64,000 bases of DNA, taken from the human T2T-CHM13v2.0 reference genome, Homo sapiens. Shown piece after piece: positions 15,937-30,875 of this stretch (position 1 is the first letter of the stretch; every line of letters starts with the position of its first letter). The notes under the pieces were generated by a model. It saw only the letters and a list, made by a program, of their open reading frames with translations, had not been told where the DNA came from and ran no database searches. Both the position numbers and the translations under genes were made by a program. The DNA is taken from the NCBI RefSeq assembly GCF_009914755.1, contig NC_060929.1, one strand, 5' to 3'.

Positions 15937-16340
15937 TTTCATTTAATCTGAGTCACTATATCTTTTTGCTCCAAAATGAAGCATGTATTGAAGTTCTCTG
16001 AGTTTCTGTTCAGTGTCGAATGAAGGCAATTTTAAAAACTGATTAGAAAGAATTCCTCTTGGATTCTTTTTAATTCTTCCACCTTCCTCCGAGGGTAGTA
16101 CTAAAGACGAACCAACATCATACTGGATTGAGCAAGTCACCAGACTGTATTTTAACAAAGCTAATGTGAACGTTGACTTTTGACCCTTGAAAAGTGGTCA
16201 CAGTGAGCAGTTTCCTCTTACCTATTAGCATCCACAAAAGAGTTCCAGGCATTTACACTTAGAGAAAATCACCTGGCTATTTCAGTGGAATAAGGTGGAC
16301 AGCCAAGGTCAATGAAGCATTGCAAGTTTCCCAGCACTTC
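15937..16340 (-). pseudogene. Dynein-like exon pair, AAA3 Walker B and sensor region (16340-16222, 16144-15937)
   Basis: ctccag|EVLGNLQCFIDLGCPPYSTEIAR*F..DAN|gtaaga, then a 77-nt intron, then tacag|SLVTCSIQYDVGSSLVLPSEEGGRIKKNPRGILSNQFLKLPS..MLHF..|gtatgt. In phase. Cf. FIDDLNMP..ELLRQ..AMxPPGGGRNxxxPRxxRHF. Confidence 0.85.
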
Positions 16341-17629
16341 CTGGAGGCAGAATAGGGACTGACTTTTGTCTCTCTCTCCCTCTTACTGTCTCTCTCTCTC
16401 TCTTTTAATGGCATTTAACAAATAGCAAAATAGCATCTGAGAAAAACTTTAAATAAAAACCCCAGATGATAAACTCTTGGAGGAAGAACCTATTTTTTTT
16501 AAGCATAGTGTCTTCTCCCCACCCCGCCACCCCTTCCTGATATCTATTCTCACTTTCTGAAATAAACATTTTACTTTGCTAATGCTGTGAGGTGTGGGCT
16601 GGGAAGTTACTCGTTCTCTCCTTCACTCATAGAACAATTTCTTAAGGCCTAAGTGAGAATTTTACCTACCTCTTTCAAATGAGGGGATCCTTACTAAATT
16701 TAACATGCAATAAAAATTCAGATCTGGAAATCTCAGAGTCACCTCATAAGAGTTTTGCTTTGCTTTTCTTAGGCGGAGGAACTATATCAAGTCCTCCATC
16801 TAGCGGTATCACTTGGAATTGTTTGTAAAAGTGTTCTAATGTGAATTTTGGGAGCAGAAGATATTTATTGAATTTCAAATTTTAACTGACTAGCATGATA
16901 AAAGTGGATAAGAGAGAATTAAAAGATAAAGTACCTAGTCTCAAAGAGCTTATAATGTAATGAGAAAGAAGTAAAACTTTATAAAATCAAAAATCTAATA
17001 TATAGTTTTCAAACCTAAGTATAGGTGCTTGACTCCTTTCTTCTCCTAAGGTCATCACTGGGCAGATGTGTCAGTTTGCATATGCTTGGGGCAGAAAAGA
17101 GGAAAGGAGTTGTTTGCCAATCATAGAGTCAGAAAAGAGAGGAGATCCTATCTGCAAACCAAAGCTCCAAGTGCTCCTGAGACAGTCTAGGAGCAGCGAA
17201 ATGATTTTCCTTATAAGGCTCTGGGATAGGGGAGCTGAAACATCCTAGACCTGACAAGAGACCAGTACATCTGGGGGAGCCTGGTGGAAAATCCAAGGAT
17301 ACTCTAGATGCTTGAGAAGGTCAACCAGCTGCCCAGGCCAGCACCTCAGTGACCCTAGGAGGGTCTTCCATAGTCTAAAGAGTTGTGACATGCTGAGGTG
17401 AACCTTTCTTTTATCTCAAGATCTGGGAGGAGCCCGAGAATCTTGTGACTCCTCTCCCCATCCATTAATTCCAGGATTGCAGCTGGTTGGCTTGTTGTCA
17501 TCAACAAAATGAAACATATCTTCTTTGTCTGACAATTTACAATTGCCTGGGAGATAGGCCTGCCAATTCTAAGGTATCTCCCTCCTAATAATAATAGTAC
17601 CAGACAGCCTGTGGGACCACACCAGGATG

Positions 17630-18853
17630 AGGAAAAATATATTAATGTTCAAGAAACTATGCTGGAAGCCTATTAGGGCATACTTCCCACATAAAATGAG
17701 TATTTCTGGATAGCACTTGATAGGTGCTTGGTATCTCCTGAATTTTGTCCTGGCAAATCCTGTTTGCTGTTATCCCTGCTTCAAACACTCAGTGTTCCTC
17801 TTTCTTCTCTGCTTCCCGGGCCTGCTGCTGGTGGAATATTTGCGTTTGCAGTTGTCTCTTATACTCCTAAGCTAAACCACTGCATCTCCAAAATTCTCCT
17901 CTTCATCCTTAAGTTCTTTAAAACCTTCATTTATGCAATCCTGTTCCATAGCATATCTTTTCTATTATTTTGCTTTTCTTTGCAATGTTTCTTGAACTTG
18001 AACTTTTCCTGTACACATAACCTCATTCACAAGTTGTTTCCTTGCCTCCTTTTCGAATCTTACCTTCCTGTCCTTGGCCAACTTTTTTTTTCCTTCTCTG
18101 CCTCTACTATTTTGTCTAATGATTTCTTCTGTTTCCTTCTCCTGTCTCACCTTTGTTCTTTTTTAATCAGCTTCTTCCTGTAAGTCTTGAAGGGCCCTTC
18201 CACAAAATTCATGTCCAAGTCCTGCTCTTTTCTGTATTTCTGTCAAATACGTTCCACCTTCTCTTGGAAGACTTTTTGCAAGACGGTTTCAATTTTCTGC
18301 TTTGTCTCCTCTTTTTACAGCTTATCCTGTTCATTCTCAAGTTTAATCTGTGCATTTTCTATTTCCATAAGGTGCGCCTCCTCTTCCTCTAGCTGTTGCA
18401 CTACCTGCTTTTGCACCTGGATGCTGGTGACCTGGGCATTCTGACCCAGGTGCATGTTCTCCTCCAGCTCTTCCTGAAGCTCTTGAGTTTCTCATGTTTC
18501 CTTGGCTGATTAGTCTTCTGCTCGGAATTCTGAGAACATCTTCTCTTTCACCAGTTTCTGCCTCTTCAGCTTTTCATTAAATTCTACCTCTGCTTTCTGC
18601 TCTTCACTTGTCTTTTGATGGATACAAAGCAATTGACCACAGAGCTGCTTGCGGCATGCCCTGAATCACTGTCTAGCTTTTCATCCACAAAATTGTATCC
18701 CTGTTTTACTTCTGTTTTAATGATCTGGCTTTCTCTCTCAGTCTATCTTGTTTTTCTCCTCCATTATTGCTTCTTTCAATTGCAATTCATTCAGTAAAAT
18801 ACTCATTTTCTTCCGAGGCTAGCTTATTTTATCTTTCTTCAGTGTTGATGGAA
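17630..18853 (-). pseudogene. CFAP53: Processed pseudogene (retrocopy) of CFAP53/CCDC11, 5'-truncated, with many stops and frameshifts
   Basis: Intronless translation INTEER*NKLASEENEYFTE..FVDEKLD..IHQK..FNEKLKRQKLV..LGQNAQVTSI..FEKEARKQLVNEVMCTGKVQVQE..ICQDKIQE..CPNRLPA* (stop 17657-17659). It matches recalled CFAP53 from about residue 90 to the C-terminus. The symbol names the parent gene. Confidence 0.92.
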
Positions 18854-20550
18854 TACTTACTTTTAACAGGTATGAGCAGGCTGAAAGAGAGCCATCCCTC
18901 TAAATGATTAGGACAGATGACTTTCCTCAAGCTGGATTTTGAATTTAGTAGCAGAAATCATATTAAAAAACCTTAAAACACAAAAGACTGTAAATTTGAA
19001 GCAAGAAATGTAACATTTAAAAATGAAGATTGTGAAAAACAGGATAGACACTGCTGAATATTGTCAGCAATGACCCAAAATGTTAGTGTAAGGAATCATA
19101 GCAGTAAACAGAAGAAAAAATAAGTGAAAATTAGAAATGAAAAATGACAGGGTAGTATACACTCATGAAATAAACCATTTCAATTAGTAAGACTTTCAGA
19201 AGGAGAGAAAGAAAAAGAGGAATAACAAAAATCAAAGAATTAATATTAAAAAATCCCTGTGAGCTGGATGAAGACTTGAGTTTTTAGATGATAAAGACCA
19301 TGTAAGTGCTGGAGGTGTTTAAAGAAAAAAGAAATACTTCTGGCCACATTCTAGGGTGCTTAACAGACCTGTACGATCAGTAGTACTTCTTATTAAGCTT
19401 CCAGACAGAGAAAACAAGTTACAAAGAAAATATTGACAACACTATCGATCTTTTTATCTGCAATACAGTAAAATAGAAGACAATGAAGTGATATTATGGA
19501 CTTTTGAGTGAAAAGAGCTGTGATTCTAGAATCCTGTTCTCAGGCTTTGTTTATGAATTGGGGTGAAGATGTGACATTCTGAGATCTACAAGGACCTAGT
19601 AAGTAAACAACCCATACACATTCTTTGAAAATGTTACTGTAAAACTTCAACAAAAATTAAATCAGCATTTGATTTTACGTTGAGGAAGAATAAAGTATGT
19701 CAGGGAGAAAGATAAGTGATAAATCACATATATGTAATTGATGTGTAAAATTATCAGAAACCTATAGGGTACAGTAAGAAAACACTATTCATTCCTCTGC
19801 CTCCAAATGAAATCTAAGACAGGTCTAATATTGGTCATTCTCAGATAAAAACAGTATTCTCTAGTCACTTAAAAAAATCAGAATAATTTTATCCATCAGT
19901 TAAAATGTCAATATCGTGTAAGAGTCAACCTTCTAAACTCCATTCTAAATTAAAACTTTTTTGCTTCCCCTGCTCGGAATTATCTGACAAAGAATTTAAA
20001 GCAGCTATTACAAAAATTATCAAATGAGTAATTGTGGGCACTCTTGAAACAAATATTAAAATAGAAAGTATCAGGCAAGAAATAACATAAAGAAGAACCA
20101 AATGAAAATTTTAGAACTGTAAAATATAGTATCTAAAATTTAAGAGAAAACCCAACAGCTCACTGAATAGACTCAAAAGTAGAATAGAGATTATAGAAGA
20201 AAGAGCAAACTTGAATATAGAACAATATAAATTATCCGGTCTGAACAGCAGAAAGAAAAATGTTTGAGGAAAGAAAGAACAAAGTCTTAGGGACCTATGA
20301 TAGTACACAAAAGCTATAATATACATGTAATTGGAGTTATAGAAGAGGAGGGGAAAAAACATAGTGCTGAAAAAAAATTTGAAAAAATAATGGCTGAAAA
20401 CTTCTCAAATACAATGAAAGACATAAACCTAAAGATTTAAGAAGCTAAGTGAACTGCAAACAAAATAAGTCTGAAGAACTCTAGCCCCAGAGTCATAATA
20501 ACAAAACTGCTGAAAATTAAAGACAGATAAACTCTTGAAAGCAACCAGGA

Positions 20551-20830
20551 GGCCGGGCGCGGTGGCTCACGCTTATAATCCCAGCACTTTGGGAGGCTGA
20601 CGCGGGCGGATCACGAGGTCAGGAGATCGAGACCACCCTGGCTAACATGGTGAAACCCCGTTTCTACTAAAAATACAAAAAAACTAGCTGGGCTTGGTGG
20701 CGGGCACCTGTAGTCCCAGCTACTCGGGAGGCTGAGGCAGAAGAATGGCGTGAACCCAGAAGGTGGAGCTTGCACTGAGCCTGGGCAACAGAGCCAGACA
20801 CAAACACACACACACACACACGCACACACA
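20551..20830 (+). mobile_element. AluY-like with internal deletion and (CA)n tail
   Basis: TSD aaagcaaccagga; tail converted to a CA microsatellite. Confidence 0.93.
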
Positions 20831-21427
20831 AAAGCAACCAGGAAAAAACATGGCACATTACCCATAGAGAAACAATGATTCAAATAATTGTGGATTTTTC
20901 ATCAGAACCTATAGAAGCCAGAAGTAATTAGCACATTTTAAAGGTGCTAAAAGAAAATACCTGTCACACCAGAATTTTATGTTCAGTGAAAATATCCTTC
21001 AGTAACAAAGGGAAAGCCAGTGAAACAGAAAATAAGCAAATAATAGAGAAAGGTAATAAACTAAGAATGATTCTTTGAAAAGTCAATAAAATGTAGAAAC
21101 TTCCAGCTAAATTGGTCAATTAAAAGAGGAGAGGAATAATCAATATTAGTAATGAAAAAATAAACATTACCACATGTTCTACTGACATTAAAAGGATAAG
21201 AAAAATGTCTTAAAAGACTTTATGCCAATTAATTCAACAACTTCGGTAAAATGAATCATTTTTTTTAAAGAACAGCAACTACCAAAGCACACTGAAGAAG
21301 AAACAGATAACTTATTTAGAGAAATTGAATTTATAATCTATCTTTCTTACATAGGAAACTTCCAGATAGCTTCACTCATGAATTCTACCAAATATTTATG
21401 GAAGAAAATTATAAAATTCTACATTAA

Positions 21428-21740
<313 letters not shown>

Positions 21741-22526
21741 CTACATTAACTCTTAGAAAATTCAGAAGAGGAAATATTTCACAACTCATTTTATCAAGCA
21801 ACACATTTCTAGAAAGAAAACTCCAGAATAATATCCCTCATAAACAGTCAAAATTGCTTAAGAAAATTTTGGCAAATTGAATCCAGTGAATAATAAAAAG
21901 TAATAATGCTTCATTACCAAGTGAGGCTCATGACAATAATACAATGTTGGCTTAACATTTGAAAATGAATCAATGTAACTCCCTAGATTGACTTACACAA
22001 AATACCAAACAATATGATTGATATAGAAGAAGCACTTGGCGAAATTCAGCTTACCTTATGATAAAAACTCTCAACAAACTAGGAATAAAATGAAATGTCA
22101 TCAAATTATTAAAAGGCTATATATTAAAATCATATAGTATTGAATGATTTAATATTTTCTACCTAACATTGGGAAAAAGGTAAGAATGGCCTTTTCACTA
22201 TATCCATTAAATGTCATATTAGGGTAGCTAATACTAAATAAAGCAAGAAAAAGAAATGAAAGACATAGATATTGGAAGGAAAGAAAACTGTTTGCAGACA
22301 ACAAGATCGGGTACATAGAAAACTCTAAGGAATCTACAAAAACTAATATACAACTAATAGGCACATTCAGCAATGTTGCAAGTTACAAAGTCAATATATA
22401 AAAATTAGTTGTAGTTTTACATATTTGCAATAAACAATTGAAAATAGAAGTAGAAATACCATTCATTATAGCATCAAAGAACAAGAGATACTACGGAATA
22501 AATTTAATAAAAAACATATCAGACAT

Positions 22527-22877
<351 letters not shown>

Positions 22878-24403
22878 CTAAAGAAAGCCTGAACAAATGT
22901 ATAGAAATATCATGTAATGAATAAGAACATGGAATACTGTTGAGCTTTAAATTTTCCTAAAATTGGTACATAGATTTAATGCAACCTCAATCAAAATTCC
23001 AGCAGCATTTTTTATAGAAATTGATATGATAACTCTCAAATTTACATGAACGTAAAATCTTGAAAAAACCCAAAACACAGTTGTAGGACATACAGTGCCT
23101 AATCCTAGGACTATAAAACTATAGTAATCTAGACTGTTTAAGAAAAGACTTATAGATCAATGGGACAAAAATAGAGTTCAGAATTCAAACTTCACATATG
23201 TGTTCAATGACTTTTGACATAAATGTAAAAATAATACCATGGGGAAAGGAGAGTTTTTTTCAACAAAAATTGCTGCATCAGTTGTATATTTTTGTGTGAA
23301 ATTTTTGAATCTCAAGCCTTATCTCACACTATACATCTAAATTAACTCAAGATAAATCGTAGTCCTAAACAGAAAATCCGAAGCTAAAAATATCATATCA
23401 GAAAAGATAGACACACAAATATTTGTGATCTTGGATTACAAAAATATTTCTGAGATAGGACACAAAGGAAAAAATAATAAATTTGACTTCATCAAAATTA
23501 AAAATTTGCTCTTAAAGAAACAATTAAGAAAATAGAAGGGAAAGCCATTGACTGGAAGAAAACTTTTGCAAAACGCATGTCTGATAAAGGATTTGTACTC
23601 AAAAACTCAATAGTAAGAAGATAATTGCAAAATAGGCAAAAGCTGTATCAATGTCAGGGAAGATGTAAGAACAGCAAATACGCAAGTGAAAAAATATTCA
23701 ACATTATTAGTCATTAGAGTGATTAAAATCACCAGAGTTGAATAGATCAAGTATTTGCAAGAAGATGGGGCCATTGGAGCTCATCTTTGTTGGTGGGAAT
23801 ACAAAATAATACAATCAGTTTGGGAGTTTGTAATGATAAACATTGACTTTACCATCCAACCTAGCAACTCTCTGGCTGTTTATCCTAGCAACCCTTTTTC
23901 TAGGTATTTATCCCAGGGAAATGAAAACACGTGTCTGCACAAAGCCTTGTATGCATACTTACAGCAGCTTTATTCCCAGTAGCCAAAACCTAGAAGCAAG
24001 TCAAGTATCCATGAAATACTAATCCACAATAAAAACGAATGAACTGCTGCTATACAGAATAACATGGATGGATCTCAAAATTATTATGCTAAGTAACAGA
24101 ATCCAGACACAGAAGACTACATCATGGTATGGTTTCCTTTACATAAAATTCTAAAATGAAAACCTATAGTGGCTAAAAGTTGATCAGTGGTCTTTAGGAG
24201 TTAGAGGTTACTAGGGTTTGGGAGTGGGGACAAGAGACGTATGAAAATGGGCACATAACACGTTAGGGTGATAGAAATATTCTGATTGTGACTATGGTTA
24301 ACCAACTGTATACAGTTGTCAAACTTATAAAATTGTACCTTTAAAAATGATAAATTTTACTGCATGTAAATTATACATAAAAATCTAATTAATTTAAAAA
24401 TAG

Positions 24404-25210
24404 CTAATAAAAAGTCTTTAATAATACTGTTGTAAGCCTATGTGGGACTCACTGCTACCTGTTGTATGAGTTACACAATTTTAACAATCTGCTCAGGTCA
24501 CTGCTATTAGCTAGTAATTGTTATGTGCTTACTACATAGCAGGTACTGCTTTGAGTGATTTTACAGTTTTTGCTAATTTAATCTTACCAACAACCCTATG
24601 AAGGAAATAGTGTTATCTCTCTTTGACAGATAAGGAAAATGATTACAAAAATTTTAATTAACAGCTAGTAAGTGGAAAATGTATATTTTGAAAGAGGCAT
24701 TAGAGACCAGATTCTTAACCACTATTATATATTGAGAGGCAAACATAGAAAATGTTACCTGTCAATATAATGCACTATGACTAATCTTAGGTGAAGGGTA
24801 TATGCAAATAAGTTCACAAATTCAGGGAGGGGGAGGCTTGGCTTGGGAAGACCTTATTGGAAAAAGTAATTCTAGTTCTGAGTCTCACGAGATGGTAAGA
24901 ATTTGAATTGTTAATTAGTGTTAAAAATGTGATGTCACTGAAAGTCACCTGACATTAGATAACACACTTTACTCCCCATCACACCAATTGTTTTATTCTT
25001 GGGCTCAATGATATAAATGATGTTAGTAATAAGGGATGAAGCACCATAGTCTCTTATAAGCAAAGGCTATATCAATTTGTTAATTGTAATTTTGTGTGCT
25101 TTAAAATCAAAGATCATTCTTACATGAAGCTCTAAAATCTCTTATTAGATTCAACATTAAAAGCCATATTTAGAAAGAGTTTTTGAAAAATTGAAAGAAA
25201 ACACTTCACA
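24404..25210 (-). pseudogene. Dynein-like exon remnants, AAA2 lid to AAA3 Walker A (25210-24889, 24488-~24404)
   Basis: poly-T acceptor|..FNVESNKRF*SFM*E (cf. NxDSRKKFDxFFR), YIIEPKNK/LV*W (cf. YYIDPETKxxxPW), VTFSDITFLTL (cf. FSEIIVPTLDT)|gtgaga. Then VAVSPT*AYNSIIKDFL (cf. FVGPTGTGKSxxIxxFL). Confidence 0.7.
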
Positions 25211-25254
25211 CTTAAAAAAAAAAAAAAAGACTTAAAATGCAGTTCTCAATAATT

Positions 25255-25268
25255 CCAGCAGATGGCAA
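25255..25268 (+). promoter_or_regulatory. CTCF-like motif
   Basis: CCAGCAGATGGCAA matches the core CCASYAGRKGGC; motif match only. Confidence 0.4.
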
Positions 25269-25639
25269 TACAATCATTGTTAAAAAGTTAAGTTTTGCCA
25301 TCAAAGTGGAAAAAAAGGGCAAATGAAAACAACCTATATACTTTTTTATTTTGTTTTATTTTATTTTATTTCTTTTGATTTTTCTCCTCTGTGGTCAGCC
25401 CTTTTTGGTTGCTAAAACAATTCTATACCTAATGTTTTTAAAGCTACATAGCCTGCTAAGGACCTAATTATGACCTCCCTTAAATGCCAAGATAGAGATA
25501 CTAATCTGTTTTTTTAGTATTTTTAAGTGTTAAGAACACTTAACATGAGTTTTACCCTTTTAACAAATTTTACAGTGTACTACACAGTATTGTTAACTAG
25601 AGGGATAATGTCGTAGACATATCTTTATTCTGTAGAGAT

Positions 25640-26772
<1,133 letters not shown>

Positions 26773-27000
26773 GGAACGGGGAAATCTTTATACAACAGAG
26801 GGCCATGAGCATGATTGTGTCTGTGTGAAGGAGACATTTGAAATTATACTAAAGTTGTTTTCTTTTTTTTTTCTTAAATAACATGTAGATAATTTAATGA
26901 AATGGCATAACTTCATTTAACAGAAGTTTTGTGGATTTAAGAAAAATTAGACATATAATTTTAAAGCATATTTTGCAACCTTTCTCATTATTCATTATTC

Positions 27001-27445
27001 ATCCTGTGTCTGCTTGGCTCCTCTCTGCTGCTGATGTCTGAAGCTTTGGGACTATAAGAGTTAGTCATGCTAATTACATCTGTTCTCAGCATCCAAGATC
27101 TTCTGATATTGTGGCAAGTGATAAGTCTGAGGGGGCTGTTGTAGAGTCAACCAAGCATTAAAAATCATAGAAAGCTCTAAAGCCTATTGCTCTCTTATGA
27201 TATGTGAGTATGTTTTCTTGTCAAGGCTTATAGAGAGCTTTTCACTCTATCCTTTCTGCTTTTTTTCCTTAAGGAAAAGAAAAATTAGCTTGCAATGCTG
27301 TATCTTGTTGGCAGAATTACCAAGGTATAGAATTTGCTGCTTGCTCCTAGAGCTTTGGTGTTGTGGTGTCATTTGTGTGCAAAGGAATCTGCAAAGGCTG
27401 CCAATTGAATCTGTCTAGGGAAAAAATTACATGACTTTGAGAAGC
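27001..27445 (+). pseudogene. AAA1 exons: Walker A region (~27001-27203) and Walker B region (27274-~27445)
   Basis: [55 protein letters not shown]|gtgagt (cf. YxYEYLG..RLVITPLTDRC..GGAPxGPAGTGKTETxKDLA). ccttaag|KRKISLQCC..LELWCCGVICVQRNLQRLPIESV (cf. CVVFNCS..GLAxxGAWxCFDEFNRI). Confidence 0.7.
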
Positions 27446-27834
27446 AAACAACCGAGTCTGTCATGAAATGTGATAAACATATGGGTTTCATTAAAAACTC
27501 ATGGCAAGACAAAGTCTTCAAACACAGAGGAAAGTGGAGAAAAAACAGGAAGAAGGCAAGGGGAATCCCCAAGGAAATTGTATCTATTCTTTATTGCACA
27601 ATTAAACAGCTTGTTTATATATGCCTAAACATCTATCTCTGTCTTTAATTCTTTGAAATCCTGTGCCATATCTGTCAATAGTTTCATCAAGTGAAAGATG
27701 AAATTAACCCCTACCTTCATGTATCCCCACTGACATGTTAGAAGGGCTGTAAATTCTGAGAGCTGCACAATACAAATTTTCATGCAAATCAAAACCCAAT
27801 TACAGAGGAAGAGCAGGAATCAACTTTTTCTTAA

Positions 27835-28421
<587 letters not shown>

Positions 28422-29737
28422 TAAAAAAATACTATCTGTTTAACACTTTTTAATTTTAGCAGTCACTTTGGTTTCCTAGCCAACAGCCATTCTCCACTTC
28501 AGTCCCAACAGAACCCTGATTGTGTTTGGTGACAAGGGACTATAGGGAGAGAGAGGAGTCCTCCCTTAGACCAAGGGATAAGTGCTTTAAACCAGTTTGG
28601 GCAATCCTATCCCCTCACCTATGGTTGGTTTGGAGTGGGACATGTATTGTAAGCCAGTTCTGGCCAATGAGATCTGAGGGGAGGTTTGTTGGGCCTTTGG
28701 GATATTTTTCTTCCTCTGCTGTAAAGAGGAAAACATAGAAGAAGTCCCTTCCCCAAACTACTTTTTAATACAATTGTGTGAGGACATCGTGTTTATAGCT
28801 GTGGCAAACTCAAGGGGAATCCAAAATAACTGTGGAAAGCTAACACATACTGATGATACTGTTTAGCTACAGAATTCACCAATGCTGGAAATTACTTCTG
28901 GACCTCTGGTGACGAAAGATAATAAATGCCTTCATAATTTTGGATTCTTTGTACCTTGTAGCCGGAAACATTCTAACTGAGGCAGCAATTTAAAAAGGTT
29001 TCTCACATTATCTCCTTGGATTCTGCTAACAATTTTTTATTTTAGTCCACAGAAGACATTGAGACTCAAAATGTCTGAATGATATGACTGACGTGACACA
29101 ACTCTTAGGTAGCAGACTTAACACTGAAATCATAATTTTGATGACCACTGCCATAAGCTTTTTAATGCACTTTTAATTTGTACGAGTCAGGACTAGGAAA
29201 GGGTGGCTGAAACGAGGGATGCTGCAATTTTGTGGAAATTTCCTTTGTTCCTCAGGCAGATTCTCCAAAATATTTATGTCTATTGAAGCCTGAACTGCTC
29301 CTAACACCTGTCAGAACTCAGAGCGCCCAGACCTCAAGATTTGTAAGGAAGTTCTTCTTCACATTTGTTCTTCTTCTTCCTTGCTTCCCCGATTCTTTCT
29401 GAAAGCGTGGTCTGTTCTTATTTCTAATAAAATGCACCTGTTCAGAGTTACTTGAGAGCTTAAACGTACCACAACCTCTCAGGAGAACACCTGCCCGTTC
29501 TCTCTCTGGTCTATCTTAATAGGGCATGGCAAAATGTGATTCTCATTTCCACCTACATTTTCGTAGGATGGGGGTTAGCCTATTTACTTCACACTGGCTC
29601 AGACTTAGACCTCCTTAGAATCCATGGGTTCTGCCAGACTCATTCCCACGCTGTTTAGACTTCAGGAATGCCTACCATTAAAGCCCTGCCCCTCCGCCAC
29701 CTCATAAACGATTACTGGGAGCAAATATGATTATTAT

Positions 29738-29825
29738 TTCTTTTTTTTAATTGTTACTTTTTTTATTATACTTTAAGTTCTAGGGTACATGTGCACAATG
29801 TGCAGGTTTGTTACATATGTATACT
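29738..29825 (-). mobile_element. L1PA extreme 3' fragment
   Basis: ttattatactttaagttctagggtacatgtgcacaatgtgcaggtttgttacatatgtatac. Confidence 0.9.
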
Positions 29826-30472
29826 TTGTATCAACATGGATTCCTCAGGAAATGAAGCATGACAAGAACTTACAAGCTAGTGCTTTCATGAGGATGGGGG
29901 TGCAGTCTCAGGAAACCTAGAGTCAAAGACAGCAGATACATTACAGAACTGGCCATAGCTTTCCAATATACATGGCTGGTTGCTTATCTTGCAGAACATC
30001 TTTAGGAAAGTTGTACAGAACTCCTGTGCATCAGAATTGTCTATAGAGGAAGAAAAATGGTGAAACCACTTATCTGCTGGATTTTTCCTCATCTCAGGTC
30101 GTGCATGACTCCAAGTTCACTGGCTAAGGGAATGGCTTTCTTGCAGTTTCAGGTTGTATTCTGCTTGCCAGGAAGCCTTGAGGGGAACCAAAGGCTAAAT
30201 GGATCCTGTAAGGCCAGAGCACGGTTGAACTTTCTCATCCTGGCAGTTGCTGCCACACATGAGATCTATGGGGGTGGCTCTGCTGGAGTTTGATACCTGT
30301 CTCTGGGGCTACTCTTGCTGGCTAGAAATCAAAGCAAGTGGTCAAGTGTCAGCGTGGGGGTGTTATGAGCCAAGTTCATTGGATATGAGTGATGCATAAA
30401 CTGGGTTTAAATCCAATCTCTGTTCTAAACAGGCTGAAAATAGTTCTCTTCTTTTTAATTTTTTTAAAACAG

Positions 30473-30875
30473 TTGTTATACCTCAAAGATTTCTTTTGTC
30501 TTCATTTTGAAGGAGCTGAATCTCCCTCAGGGGTTGGTATCCTCATTCCTGCTTCACCAGGCTTCAGAGCCACAGGTAAATGGACCAGTGCTTATTTTCA
30601 TGGATGAATAAATTCAGTAATTCCTATTATCCTAAGCATATACAAATTATAAAATCCTATTTTGTATTTTTACTGTGCAGAACATTCTTTCACTGCAGGT
30701 GAATGGATTATTTTTAAGAATTTTTGATCTTCTTGCTGTTGGTTAACTTGTGTTCCTACAACCATTACATTTGATTAGAGCGAAATACAAATCTCAAATG
30801 TGTTTTGTCTTGCACAATACGTTTTGTTGAATAGGCTGAATTTTTAATTTTCTCCATTGCTTTCATAAAACACAA
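30473..30875 (+). pseudogene. AAA1 exons 30473-30575 and 30699-30875
   Basis: aaaacag|LLYLKDFFCLHFEGAESPSGVGILIPASPGFRAT|gtaaat (cf. FxFEGxExxLxPxxGIFITMNPGYAGR). ctgcag|..LQPLHLIRAKYKSQ.. (cf. PDxxIIxxVKLxSxGF)|gtaaac. Confidence 0.8.

Noticed and set aside
17728-18444. Hydrophobic plus-strand ORFs (151, 79 and 85 aa) that look membrane-like
   Set aside because: Antisense shadow of the purine-rich CFAP53 retrocopy.
30474-30575. Alternative frame FILKELNLPQGLVSS resembling the DNHD1 AAA1 Walker B
   Set aside because: That region is already accounted for at 27274-27420; the FEG..SPGF frame fits order and phase better.
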